Origin: Spirochaetia bacterium
GTDB taxonomy: Bacteria; Spirochaetota; Spirochaetia; SZUA-6; Bin103
DNA length: 64,000 nucleotides
NCBI GenBank assembly: GCA_965208575.1
Contig: CBDBOV010000005.1
Span: 448,001-512,000, forward strand
Direction: 5' to 3'
Within the stretch, counting starts at the first letter, position 1, and each line of letters starts with the position of its first letter. Positions 34,563 to 45,341 of the stretch are shown here, one piece after another. Position numbers and translations under genes: made by a program. The notes beneath the pieces were generated by a model that did no database searches, was not told the DNA's origin, and saw only the letters and a program-made list of their open reading frames with translations.

Positions 34563-34846
34563 CCAATCTTCTCCCGCGCCGCGCCGGGCCGAGTCGAGCA
34601 GCAGCCCAGACGCTCAAGTTCGCTCCACCGTATCGAGACCAACCTGAGGTTGCAAACCAGAGGCGCTCCTCGCTGCCCTGCCGCCGGGTGCGAACGCGTG
34701 AAGCGGTAGGCAGATAGCATCCACATCGTAGCGAGGGAGACTGCGAAGGCGATGCGAGCTGGAGCGGCGGCGCGATCATGCGTGGCGTCACAGGTCTCCA
34801 CGATGGCGCGATCACGTACCGGCGCGACGGCTCGCGTCATGCGACT

Positions 34847-35564
34847 TCACGGTGCGCCCGGGTTCTCACTCGGCACACTCGCCGGGTGGGCATGGCGCGG
34901 AGCGTGGCGCAACCTGTGTTGGGCACGGCACCGAATTCTGAGGTTCCACAGCTCGGTAGCGCCGCCGAGCGCGAACGGCACCACGTGGTCGATCTCCAGC
35001 CGATAGCGGGAACCGCAGCGCCGGCCGCTGTGCGGGTCGACATAGCTGCAACAACCGTTGTCGCGGCGCCACACCTCGCGCCGCACGGCCACCGGGATGT
35101 ACCGTGAGCGGGAGCCCGGCGACGCGCCGAAGCCGTTCAACGCGGCGAGGTGCCGCGCCAGGGCCGGCGACCGCTCCACCGCGCCTTGCCCGGCTGCGTA
35201 CGCCAGCCGCTCCGCCGCCGAACTCGTGAACCGGTCGTGGCCCCGTACCGGTGCCCGCGAAGCGCCGCGTTTGCCGGCATCGAACTGCGCTCCCGCCGCG
35301 CCCCGGCCATCGTCGTCGGCCCGCCCTGGCCGGTTCGCCGGCGAAGCAGCCCGGCCGCCGTTTCCGTGCATGGCCTTCGGTTGCCCGCATGCCTGCTCGG
35401 TCTCCCGACGGCGGTCCGGCGCGGGAACGGCGGCGCCACAAAGGCGCTCCGCTACCTCGATGTGCGCGTCCTCATCCTGCGCGACCTGCTTCGCCGGCGG
35501 AGTGGTGTGCCCGCCGCTGCTGCGCACCACCGCGGACTTCGTGCTGCCGGCCTCGGCTTCCGTA
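34847..35564 (-). pseudogene. HNH endonuclease, 3' portion only (copy 1)
   Basis: RSRYIPVAVRREVWRRDNGCCSY...RC...LEIDHVVPFALGG...NLRIRC; 5' end abuts an SBP fragment. Confidence 0.8.
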
Positions 35565-35580
35565 GCTGAGGGCGCCGCTC

Positions 35581-36522
35581 ATGCCAGAAGAGGCAACTCG
35601 TATCTCAGCGCTGCGCACGGGCAAGCTGGATATCATAGGAAATGTGGGAACCGTCAGCATTGCCAGTGTCGATGTCGTAAGGGGCCTCCGGAAGACCAAC
35701 CCCGAAATCGTCGTATCGCAGTACTTTCTACGGGCGCTTCAGTCCTTTGCCATGAACATTCGCAACGCGCCCTTTGACGACATCAGGGTGCGCCACGCGC
35801 TGCAGATGACAATGGACCTGGAGACGATCAACGACACCTACTATGACGGTTTTGCAAGCTGGGTGCCCATGGGGCTGAGCCGGGTCCCGGAGTATCACCG
35901 GCCGTTTGAAGAGTGGCCCGAAGAGCTCAAGCAATACTACAGTTATGACCCTGAAGGTGCCGAGACGCTCCTGGATGAGGCCGGCTACCCGCGCGGCGCA
36001 GATGGCGTTCGATTCAAGACCACCCTCCAGCACCGCGACGTCATAGACTTGGGCTACACGGAGATTGCTGTGGGCTTCTGGGCTGATATTGGCGTTGACG
36101 TAACGATTGATATCATTGACACGGCAGCCCTGATCGCCAATAGAACGGACGCAAGTTATGAGATGATCACTGGCGACCTTGGTTTTTCTTTGGAGCCTGC
36201 CATTCTTGTAGGCTTCTATCGACCTAATCAGCACGTCTATGCGTTGACGGGCGGAGTCGAGACCCCCGAGTTGACCGCCTCCTCTGATGCCTTTTTTGCC
36301 GCTACAACCGTCGAGGAGCGGAAGAAAGCAGCCATAGATTTTGATATGGCCATAGTGCAACAGCACAATCAGATATGGGGTGCTCTGGCACCGCAGTTTC
36401 AGGCGAGCCAGCCATGGCTCAAGGGCTTCAACGGTGAAGTGGGGCTGGGAGCTATTGCAGGTCATCCTCTGATGGCCCGCCTCTGGATTGACCAGGATCT
36501 GAAGCGGGAGATGGGGTTCTGA
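35581..36522 (+). pseudogene. 5'-truncated family-5 SBP
   Basis: Begins at the internal EEATRISALR motif and ends RLWIDQDLKREMGF; no signal peptide. Confidence 0.85.
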
Positions 36523-36623
36523 GGAAGGTCGCCGCAGGCGACTTGCAGCAGCGCTGTGCGCGGCTGCTCTGAGCAAGGGCGCCGGGAGCCCCGAGCTTCC
36601 CGGCGCCTGTTTCCCACGAAGAC

Positions 36624-37264
36624 ATGAGAGCCTACGTCATCCGGCGCCTGCTGCTGGTCGTCCCTACCCTGTTCATCCTGAGCGTGCTGGTGTTCCTGTC
36701 GGTCCGCTTCATCCCCGGCGACGTCATCGACAACATGGTCGGTCGCATGGATTACGCCGGCGGCGAGATCGACCGCGCGGCCATGGAACGCAGGCTCGGC
36801 CTGGATTTGCCGATCCACGTGCAGTACGGGCGCTGGATCGGCGACATCCTCCTGCGCGGCACCCTTGGCGAGTCGCTGCTGGGCGGTTGGCGGATCGAGC
36901 AGCGCATAATGGGACGACTGCCGGTCACCGCCGAGCTGGGCGCGCTGGCCATCCTCATCGGCCTGGTCATCGCGCTGCCGGTGGGCATCTACTCGGCGGT
37001 GCGCCAGTACACGGCCGCCGACTACCTGGGACGGTCGGTGGCCATCATGGGGCTGGCGACGCCCAACTTCTGGCTGGGGACCATGGTGATGATCTATCCT
37101 GCCATCTGGTGGGCTTGGTCGCCGCCGATGGAACTGATCCCGTTGGCCGGCTCATCCACGGGGCGCGGCTGTCGCTGTCGGTGGGGCTGGCCGCCACCGC
37201 GCTCACCGTCGTGGTGGCGGTGCTGATCGGCGGCACCACCGGCTTCATCGGCGGCCGAGAGTAG
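36624..37264 (+). pseudogene. dppB::dppC remnant with two internal deletions
   Basis: dppB to about 37148, jump to mid dppC (CTCATCCACGGGGCG), then jump to a dppC-end-like sequence (GAGTAGCGG.ATCAAC, shared with about 45414). Confidence 0.85.
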
Positions 37265-37318
37265 CGGGATCAACGCTATCGCGCTCAACGCCGAGATCGC
37301 AGACGGGTGACGGCGGGA

Positions 37319-37651
37319 TCAGGCCAGATCGGCGGGGAGCTCCACCACCGCCCGCCGTCCGAGCGCTCGTGCCCACTCGCGTACGAATCCGATCGTCGGA
37401 TTGCCGGTGAAGCGCTCGGCTTGGGAAATGGCCTGCTGCGTGCAACCGAGCCGCTCCGCGAGCCGGCCTTGGGTGAACCCGGCGGACTCTCGCGCCTCAC
37501 GCAGCAGGTAGCCCGGCGGATCGGTCTCCCAGGGCGGGACTCTTCCCCATCTGCGCAACGCCTTCCACTCTTCGTACGACCGAGGCTTGCGCCGGCTCAA
37601 GTGTGTCCGCGGCAACGCAGGACGCGCACGCGGAGCCACGTAAAACCTCAT
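37319..37651 (-). CDS. XRE-family HTH protein
   Basis: LLREARESAGFTQGRLAERLGCTQQAISQAE; ATGA overlap with the upstream NTase. Confidence 0.82.
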   Translation of the reverse strand: MRFYVAPRARPALPRTHLSRRKPRSYEEWKALRRWGRVPPWETDPPGYLLREARESAGFTQGRLAERLGCTQQAISQAERFTGNPTIGFVREWARALGRRAVVELPADLA

Positions 37652-38250
37652 GGGTTCGTGCGCGCCCATGTCTCCACCTCCGTGTGCGTCGGCTCTCGTG
37701 CGACGTGGGTTCGGGCGAAGGCCACGAGCGAGTCGAGCGCTGCTGACGCCTCGTTGCGTTCGGCAAGGGCGCGCAGTCGAGCAAGGTTCGGGCGGTGGTT
37801 TCCGCTCGACCACAACAGCCAAGCGTTGTAGCCATCGATCTCCGATCGCCAGAACTGCCATGCCGCGAGTCGGTCCACTATGAGCTCCTCCAGCCCGACC
37901 ACCACGACCGACGTGGTGCCTACGCGAATTGTCGCGACAACGTTCCCGCGATCCAGAGCGTCGTCGGGGAATTCGAGGAACAACCGGTGTCGCTCATGAA
38001 TCCAATGTCGACCACGGCGCTCGAATCCGGCCTCGCTCATCCGCTTGGCGACTGCCGCCGTCACGACTCCTACGAAATCCAGATCTCCGGTTCGATATGC
38101 GCCACCGGTGTACAGCTCGACCGCACCACCTCCCACCAGGGTGGGCACGGCATCGTCGATCGAGAACAGCGATTGAACCCAAGCGGCCACGGCAGCCACT
38201 CGATCCGGCCCGTCAGGTTTCCTGGCGGCTGCATCCAGACCCTCGCTCAC
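37648..38250 (-). CDS. Nucleotidyltransferase (DUF6036-like)
   Basis: LVGGGAVELYT...TGDLDFV, EELIVDRL. Confidence 0.78.
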   Translation of the reverse strand: MSEGLDAAARKPDGPDRVAAVAAWVQSLFSIDDAVPTLVGGGAVELYTGGAYRTGDLDFVGVVTAAVAKRMSEAGFERRGRHWIHERHRLFLEFPDDALDRGNVVATIRVGTTSVVVVGLEELIVDRLAAWQFWRSEIDGYNAWLLWSSGNHRPNLARLRALAERNEASAALDSLVAFARTHVAREPTHTEVETWARTNP

Positions 38251-38310
38251 AATACATGCATTGTACAGCGGGCGAGTGGGACCTGCAAGCGCATGCCCGC
38301 GTACGTAGCG

Positions 38311-38338
38311 CGTAACGGCGGTACCGGTCGCGATGGGC
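38311..38338 (+). repeat. Right half of the unit-boundary palindromic motif (copy 1)
   Basis: CGTAACGGCGGTACCGGTCGCGATGGGC. Confidence 0.8.
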
Positions 38339-38349
38339 CCCAGTCCGAT

Positions 38350-38378
38350 TTGACAGCTCGTTGCGCGTGGATTACGAT
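38350..38378 (+). promoter_or_regulatory. Sigma70 promoter of the SBP operon
   Basis: TTGACA-N17-TACGAT; conserved at 50327. Confidence 0.75.
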
Positions 38379-38384
38379 GACTCC

Positions 38385-38799
38385 TTGTCGGAGAACACGC
38401 TAATGTGGACGACGCAATTCCATGAGCACTTGAGGACGCCACCGGTTGACGGGACCGGTGTGTCCTATCCCCCTCCACCCCAAGCATTTACACGATTCGC
38501 ACTAGCTCTTCGCGCTGAGCGCGCGGGACGCCCCGCGCACCGCTTCGCCTGCACCACCGCTCACCCGACCACTCTCAACCCGCAGCGCCGGCGAGGCCGG
38601 TCACTCACATTCGCTGCGTCACCGGCGTCGGCCCCATGCGGCGCTCCAGGCTCAGGTCGGCGCACGCGTCAAGGGAGGTCCCGTATGTAGACTCGGGGCT
38701 GTGGCCATCGCTTGCCGGGCACCGGCGATTGTGGGTGTACGTCGAGAGTGGGCGAAGGATGCACAGGGAAACCAGCACTCTCTATTACAAGGAGCAAAG
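38385..38799 (+). other. Conserved long 5' leader with hairpins and a possible 95-aa uORF (38403-38690)
   Basis: Aligns with 50362-50782; shared stems and a shared open frame. Confidence 0.6.
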
Positions 38800-40605
38800 A
38801 TGCGTTACGCATTCTTGAGAACATTCCTCGCCGGACTGTTCGGATTCGTCCTGACGGCGACCGGCGTGTGGGCAAGCCCGGCCGCCGAAGAGGAGCCGGC
38901 AGCCGCCATGGAGAAGGAAATGGTGACCGACCCCACCACCGGAAAGATGGTGACCGCGCCGGAGTACGGCGGGACTCTGACCTATCCGTATGTCATAGAA
39001 TTCGAAAGCGACCCCTTTGTTGTTGGCGGCGCTGCGGCCTACCTCATAGGCGGTGTCAATGAGAATCTCGCCCGGCCGAACTGGGGACTTGCTCGGGAAG
39101 AACTCGCCTTTAACGGGCCCTACGTTCCTCTGTTTGCTTTCACCGGGGAGCTGGCGGAAAGTTGGGAAACGCCCGACCCACTGACGTACGTATTCCACAT
39201 CCGTCAGGGCGTTCACTACGCTCTCGATCCAGACAGTGAGGCCAGTCGGCTGGTAGGTGGTCGAGAGCTCACTGCCGATGATGTCGTCTATACCTATCAG
39301 CGCATGACCGCTCGGGGTGACTTCACCGAACGTCCTACAATTTCCAGAGCAGCTATCGATCTGCCATGGGAATCGATAGAGGCCAGCGACAAATACACCG
39401 TTGTCATGAGGCTGACGGAGCCGTCGATCGGTGCGCTCGGGGCTATTATCAACGAAGGTTTGCACCAGATATTGCCTCGTGAGGTAATCGAGCAATACGG
39501 CGACTATACGGATTGGAAGAACGTGGTCGGCACCGGGCCCGTTATGCTGACCGACTACGTCGAAGGCGTCTCCAAAACCTTTACCAAGAATCCTGACTAC
39601 TGGGGCTTCGACGAAAAATACCCGGAGAACCGCCTGCCATATGTTGACCAGATAAGGGCCGTCCTTATAGCAGAAGAAGCAACACGGATATCGGCACTAC
39701 GCTCGGGTACGATTGATATGATACGCCTCTCTGGCGTCGAGATAAAGTCCCTCGACGTGGTAAAGGGCCTCCAGCGGACTAACCCCGACATTGCGATATG
39801 GCCATTTTACCAGCGGTCGCTGGATGCCATAACTCTGAACCCACAAAAAGCCCCCTTTGACGATATCAGAGTACGCCACGCGCTGCAGATGGCAATAGAC
39901 CTGGAGACGATCAGCGATACCTACTATGGTGGTTTCGCCGACTGGCAACCACCGCGCTTCATTGGCGCCAAGGGGTTTTACACTGAATGGGAAGAGTGGC
40001 CCGCAGAGCTCAAGCAGTACTACACCTACGACCCGGCAGGGGCTGAGAGGCTCCTTGATGAGGCAGGATATCCGCGCGGTGCGGACGGCGTCCGATTCAA
40101 GTTCGAACATCAGCACCGTGACATCGGGGATTTGGGCTATGTAGAAATAGTCGCCGGCTACTGGGCTGATATTGGCATTGATGTAACGCTTAGTATTCAC
40201 GAGTGGCCGAATCTCGCTGCTACTATGGCAGAAAGGAACTATGAGTCGATTTATGGCGGCATGGCCAGAGAGTCCCCGGACTGGGCCATGGGATTATATA
40301 ACTCGGACTCGGTTCGGCTACGCACATATGTGGGCGGAGTCGAGAACCCTGTGCTGGCCGCCACCCAAGCTGCCTATTTCGGCGCCACTAGCATCGATGA
40401 GCAGATGCAGGCGGCAAGCGAGCATGGCATGGAGGTGATAAGGCATCACTATGTGATATGGGGTCCTATGGCTCCAGGGTATCAGGCCAGCCAGCCGTGG
40501 GTGAAAGGCTTTAACGGTGAAACCTTGAACACAGTCCAGTATGAGCAAAACGTCCTCACCCGCCTCTGGATCGACCAGGATCTGAAGCGAGAAATGGGCT
40601 TCTGA
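38800..40605 (+). CDS. Family-5 ABC solute-binding protein
   Basis: AAGGAG RBS, signal peptide, PEYGGTL, LAESWE, VGTGP. Confidence 0.93.
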   Translation: MRYAFLRTFLAGLFGFVLTATGVWASPAAEEEPAAAMEKEMVTDPTTGKMVTAPEYGGTLTYPYVIEFESDPFVVGGAAAYLIGGVNENLARPNWGLAREELAFNGPYVPLFAFTGELAESWETPDPLTYVFHIRQGVHYALDPDSEASRLVGGRELTADDVVYTYQRMTARGDFTERPTISRAAIDLPWESIEASDKYTVVMRLTEPSIGALGAIINEGLHQILPREVIEQYGDYTDWKNVVGTGPVMLTDYVEGVSKTFTKNPDYWGFDEKYPENRLPYVDQIRAVLIAEEATRISALRSGTIDMIRLSGVEIKSLDVVKGLQRTNPDIAIWPFYQRSLDAITLNPQKAPFDDIRVRHALQMAIDLETISDTYYGGFADWQPPRFIGAKGFYTEWEEWPAELKQYYTYDPAGAERLLDEAGYPRGADGVRFKFEHQHRDIGDLGYVEIVAGYWADIGIDVTLSIHEWPNLAATMAERNYESIYGGMARESPDWAMGLYNSDSVRLRTYVGGVENPVLAATQAAYFGATSIDEQMQAASEHGMEVIRHHYVIWGPMAPGYQASQPWVKGFNGETLNTVQYEQNVLTRLWIDQDLKREMGF

Positions 40606-40782
40606 GCCGACGGCTTCGCCGTTGGCTTAAGGAGTCGCTGCGCGACTCCAAGGAAACTGCCAGCGGCGGTTTCAATTGCAGGCGCGCCAGGCGCGCCTGC
40701 GCCGCAACTCTCAGGCGATTGAATCAGCGTGTTGGCCCCTCTCACCCCGGGGTGGGAGGGGCCGGGTCGCGGTGACTGGGTC

Positions 40783-41742
40783 ATGAGAGCCTACATCATC
40801 CGGCGGCTGCTGCTGGTCATCCCCACGTTGTTCATTCTGAGCGTGTTGGTGTTCCTGTCGGTCCGCTTCATCCCCGGCGACGTCATCGACGTCATGGCCG
40901 CCCGTATCGAGGCGATGGGCAGCGGCCAAGTCGACCGCGCGGCCATGGAACGCAGGCTCGGCCTGGACCTGCCGATCCACGTGCAGTACGGCCGCTGGAT
41001 CGGCGACATCCTCCTGCGCGGCACCCTTGGCGAGTCGCTACTTGGCGGTTGGCGGATCGAGGAGCGCCTGCTGGGACGACTGCCGGTCACCGCCGAGCTC
41101 GGGCTGCTGGCCATCCTCATCGGCCTGGTCATCGCGCTGCCGGTGGGCATCTACTCGGCGATCCGCCAGTACACCGCCGCCGACTACGTGGGACGGTCGG
41201 TCGCCATCATGGGGCTGGCGACGCCCAACTTCTGGCTGGGAACGATGGTGATGATCTACCCGGCCATCTGGTGGGCGTGGTCGCCGCCGATGGAACTGAT
41301 TCCGTTGGCCCAGGACCCGCTGGGCAACCTCGGCATGTTCCTGATCCCGAGCCTGATCCTGGGCACCTACCTGGCGGCCAGCACCATGCGCATGACGCGT
41401 ACCATGATGCTGGAGGTGCTGCGCCAGGACTACATCCGCACGGCCTGGGCCAAGGGTCTGCTGGAGCGGTCGGTGATCCTGCGCCACGCCGTCAAGAACG
41501 CGATCATCCCGGTGGTGACGCTGGTGGGCATGCAGCTCCCGATCCTGGTGGGCGGCTCGGTGATCATCGAGAATATCTTCAACCTGCCGGGGCTGGGGCG
41601 GCTGATGCTGGACGCGCTGGGCGACCGCGACTACCCGGTGGTGTCGGCGATAAACCTGTTCTTCGCCACGGTCGTGGTGTTGGTCAACCTGGTGACCGAT
41701 CTGCTGTACGCGTCGCTGGACCCGCGGATTCGCTACGAATGA
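40783..41742 (+). CDS. DppB-like permease
   Basis: MRAYIIRRLL...LDPRIRYE. Confidence 0.93.
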   Translation: MRAYIIRRLLLVIPTLFILSVLVFLSVRFIPGDVIDVMAARIEAMGSGQVDRAAMERRLGLDLPIHVQYGRWIGDILLRGTLGESLLGGWRIEERLLGRLPVTAELGLLAILIGLVIALPVGIYSAIRQYTAADYVGRSVAIMGLATPNFWLGTMVMIYPAIWWAWSPPMELIPLAQDPLGNLGMFLIPSLILGTYLAASTMRMTRTMMLEVLRQDYIRTAWAKGLLERSVILRHAVKNAIIPVVTLVGMQLPILVGGSVIIENIFNLPGLGRLMLDALGDRDYPVVSAINLFFATVVVLVNLVTDLLYASLDPRIRYE

Positions 41743-41881
41743 GAAGGAAGGCCACTCCGTGACCCGGAACAACAGGCAATGCGATGCGCAGGCAGCGCCC
41801 ACTGGCCAGCATTTCGGGTCAGCAGGAAACCCGATGCACGACGTTCGCCGGCTGGCGGCGCTGTTCGGGTGAGTCGGGCCG

Positions 41882-42817
41882 ATGGGTGACGTATCGCAGT
41901 TGACCCCGGCCGTCGCCGACCCGGGCGCGGGCGAGGCTGGGCAAGCCGGGCTGAGGAAGTTCTTCGGGCGGCTGGTGCGCGAGCAGCCGCTGGGGACCGC
42001 CGGCGGCATCGTCATCCTGATCCTGGTGCTGGTCAGCATCTTCGCCGATTCGCTGGCGCCCTACCGCTACGAGGAGATCCACCTGCGCGACCGCCTGCAG
42101 GCCCCCTCCGCCGCGTACCTGCTGGGCACCGACCACGTCGGGCGCGACCTGTTGAGTCGCCTCATCCACGGGGCGCGGCTGTCGCTGACGGTGGGGCTGG
42201 CCGCCACCGCCCTCACCGTCGTGGTGGCGGTGCTGATCGGCGGCACCACCGGCTTCATCGGCGGCCGGCTGGACTTGGTGACGCAGCGCTTCGTCGACGC
42301 CTGGATGGCGTTCCCGGGGCTGCTGTTGCTGCTCACCATCATGTCGATTGCCGGCCGCGGCATGCTGCAGATCATCATCGTGCTGGGCGTGTCGGGCGGC
42401 ATCCCGGCCTCCCGCGTGGTGCGCGGCGCGGTGCTGGGGGTGAAGGAGAACGCCTACTTCCAGGCCGCGCAGGCGATCGGCAGCTCGCGCCGGCGCTCGC
42501 TGCTGCGCCACGTGCTGCCCAACATCGCGGCCCCGATCATCATCATCTTCAGCATCAACGTCGGCGGCGTGATCATGTCGGAGGCCGCGCTGAGCTTCCT
42601 GGGTTTCGGCCTGCCGCCGGACATCCCGAGCTGGGGCGGCATGCTGAGCCGGGAGGGACGGCAGTACATGGAGATCGCGCCGCACCTGGCGCTGTGGCCG
42701 GGGGTGTGTCTGACCGTGGTCGTGTACAGCCTCAACATGTTCGGCGACGCGGTGCGCGACCTGCTGGACCCCCGCCTGCGCGGCCGCCTCGGCCGCTACG
42801 GCGCCGCCCGGAAGTAG
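41882..42817 (+). CDS. DppC-like permease
   Basis: LLGTDHVGRD...GDAVRDLLDPR. Confidence 0.93.
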   Translation: MGDVSQLTPAVADPGAGEAGQAGLRKFFGRLVREQPLGTAGGIVILILVLVSIFADSLAPYRYEEIHLRDRLQAPSAAYLLGTDHVGRDLLSRLIHGARLSLTVGLAATALTVVVAVLIGGTTGFIGGRLDLVTQRFVDAWMAFPGLLLLLTIMSIAGRGMLQIIIVLGVSGGIPASRVVRGAVLGVKENAYFQAAQAIGSSRRRSLLRHVLPNIAAPIIIIFSINVGGVIMSEAALSFLGFGLPPDIPSWGGMLSREGRQYMEIAPHLALWPGVCLTVVVYSLNMFGDAVRDLLDPRLRGRLGRYGAARK

Positions 42818-42909
42818 CGGCGTCAGCTCTCGATTGATTGCTGTTGATTGTTCCGGCGGCTTTACCGGAACGGACGGTCGGCGTTACCATAGGATAGGCG
42901 AACGTACCC

Positions 42910-43548
42910 ATGACCGACGGCAACGGACACCGCGATCCAGCGACCCCGCAGGAGATCTGGGAAATCCTGCGCGAAATCTCCGCAGTGCAGCAGGAGACTG
43001 CGCGCCGCATGCAGGAGACCGACCGCCGGTTGCAGGCGACTGATGAACTGATCACGCGGCAGACACGGGCCGCCGACCGGCGCATCGACGAGTTGGACAA
43101 GCTGTTCAACGGACAGTGGGGCAAGCTGATCGAGTCACTGGTGGAAGGCGACCTCGTGCGGCTCCTTCAGCAGCGCGGCATCGCGGTGCTGCACACGGTG
43201 ACCAACCCGCGCCAGAACTACGGTGAGCGGCGCTGGGAGCTTGACATCGTGGCCGTCAACGGCGAAGAGGTCGTGGTGGTGGAGGTGAAGACCACCCTCA
43301 GGGTGCCCGACATCGATCGCTTCATGGCGCGGTTGAACGAGTTTTCGGAACTGATGCCGGAGTATGCTTCGCGCCGGATCTATGGGGCGGTCGCCTATCT
43401 GAAGGCGTACCAGGAGTCGGACGTGCGTGCCGAGCGTCTGGGCCTGTTCGTGATTCGTGCCACCGGCAGTAGTGCCAGCATCACCAACCGGGAGGGGTTT
43501 ACGCCGCGCACGTTCGGCCACCCGAGCAGGGCACCCGGGGGTCACTAG
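42910..43548 (+). CDS. Coiled-coil plus PD-(D/E)XK nuclease-fold protein (DUF3782-like)
   Basis: QETDRR coiled coil, WGKLIE, ELDIVAVNG...VVEVKT, AERLGLFVI. Confidence 0.8.
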   Translation: MTDGNGHRDPATPQEIWEILREISAVQQETARRMQETDRRLQATDELITRQTRAADRRIDELDKLFNGQWGKLIESLVEGDLVRLLQQRGIAVLHTVTNPRQNYGERRWELDIVAVNGEEVVVVEVKTTLRVPDIDRFMARLNEFSELMPEYASRRIYGAVAYLKAYQESDVRAERLGLFVIRATGSSASITNREGFTPRTFGHPSRAPGGH

Positions 43549-43561
43549 CGCGGTCGTACCG

Positions 43562-43778
43562 GGGGCGCGACCTCTTGAGCCGCCTCATCCACGGGGCGCG
43601 GATGTCGTTGGCGGTGGGACTGGCCGCCACCGCGCTCAACGTCGTCGTGGCGGTGCTGGCCGGCGGCACCACCGGCTTCATCGGCGAGCGGCTGGACCTG
43701 GTGACTACCGGTATCGACCAGGAAGCCTTCCAGGCACTTCGCCAGCGGCTCGGAGAGTCGGATCGGACGTCCGAGTAA
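43562..43778 (+). pseudogene. dppC internal fragment fused to the last codons of the Rpn gene
   Basis: 43562-43704 resembles dppC at about 54120-54260; 43704-43920 nearly copies 50098-50310. Confidence 0.85.
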
Positions 43779-43857
43779 CCTCCCTTCTTGACGAGCCGTA
43801 CCACTGGAGACTCCCCCGTATTGCGCTCCGTATGGTCGATCACATGCAAGGCGGCGA

Positions 43858-43900
43858 GAATCGACCGCGGGCCGTAACGGCGGTACCGGTCGGGATGGGC
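43858..43900 (+). repeat. Unit-boundary palindromic motif (copy 2)
   Basis: GAATCGACCGCGGGCCGTAACGGCGGTACCGGTCGGGATGGGC. Confidence 0.85.
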
Positions 43901-44469
43901 TCGGCTGCTCGGCTGCAGCCGGGTGCGAACGCCGAACGCGGTAGCGTGGTCCGAAAGAGCCGGCCGGCGGGCAATGCTCGAGTGTCGGGTTTCATCGTCT
44001 TCCATGGCATGGAGTGCCCGTACAGATTCGGAACGAGAGTGGAGACGGTGCGAGGCAGCTCGCCGTACCGACAGATTGCGAACACGGAGAGAAATCGGAA
44101 AGAGTTGGGCGCACCCCTTGACGCGATTTTCGGTGCTCGTAAGCGCCCGCCACAGCCCGCGGCGGCCCCTCCGACTGTTCCGAAAACGACTCGGGCTCCG
44201 TGGACGCGGCAGCGCGCCGCTGAGCGGTCTTCCAGGCGTCGTTTCACCGCCACCGAGGACTCGGTAAAATCGGCTATTTTGACGCGAGCCAGCCCGCGCG
44301 GCGCGATACGGAGGTGGTGGAGCGGAACGTGGCGCACCCGGACAGGAGCGCTGTCGTTCGACAGCGCGAAGTCGAGCAGGATGACGCATCGTCCGCGGCG
44401 GCGGTGCGGGATGGCGTGTCCGGTCCTTCGGCGCCGAAGCGCCCATCGGGGGCCGGGCACGGCAGCGGG

Positions 44470-45183
44470 TCACCGGCGACGGCACCGAATAGCGGCGATC
44501 ACACTACTTCGGCGCCGAGAGCGCCGCGAGCAAGCCGAGTTCGGTCGCACTTCCCGTGCGGCGGCGGGGGCCGGCAGCGGGAGAGCCGCTTCTGCGGCGA
44601 AGCCGTATACGGAAGCCGAGGCCGGCGGCACGAAGTCCGCGGTGGTGCGCAGCAGCAACGGGCACACCACTTCGCCGGCGAAGCAGGTTGCGCAGGATGA
44701 GGACGCGCACATCGAGGTAGCGGAGCACCTTTGTCGCGCCGCCGTTCCCGCCCCTGAACGCCAGCGGGAGACAGACCACGCATGCGGACAACCAAAGGCG
44801 ATGCACGGCGGCGGCCGGGCTGCTTCGCCGACGAAACGGCCAGGGCGAGCCGACGAAGATGGCCGGGGCGCGGCGGGACCGCAGTTCGACGCCGGCAAAC
44901 GCGGCGCTTCGCGGGCGCCGGTACGGGGCCACGACCGGTACACGAGTTCGGCAGCGAAGCGGCTGGCGTACGCAGCCGGGCAAGGCGCGTTGGGCCGGTC
45001 GCCGGCCCTGGAGCGGCACCTCGCCGCGTTGAACGGCTTCGGCGCGTTGCCGGGCTCCCGCTCACGGTACATCCCGGTGGCCGTGAGGCGGGATGTGTGG
45101 CGCCGCGACAACGGTTGTTGCAGCTCCGTCGACCCGCACAGCGGACGGCGCTGCGGTTCACGCTATCGGCTGGAGATCGACCA
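44470..45183 (+). pseudogene. HNH endonuclease fragment (copy 2), cut at LEID; inverted relative to copy 1
   Basis: 44608-45183 is the near reverse complement of 34986-35564. Confidence 0.82.
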
Positions 45184-45341
45184 AGGAGCGGGTGTCGAAG
45201 TGGGACCGGCTGACCGCGCACAAGATCGTGGTCGGCGATCCGGACGAACTCGTGCACATGGACTGGTCCCACGAGTGGCGCGGCAACCGTGTACCTTGAT
45301 ACTCACGTGGTTGTCTGGCTGTACGAGAAGGATGAGGCGCG
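45184..45341 (+). pseudogene. TA remnant: antitoxin C-terminus plus PIN toxin N-terminus
   Basis: ...VVGDPDELVHMDWSHEW...* overlapping GTG-YLDTHVVVWLY. Confidence 0.7.

Noticed and set aside
34563-34846. Possible ncRNA downstream of HNH copy 1 (short GGCGCGATCA repeats)
   Set aside because: No second copy or convincing structure in the window to support it
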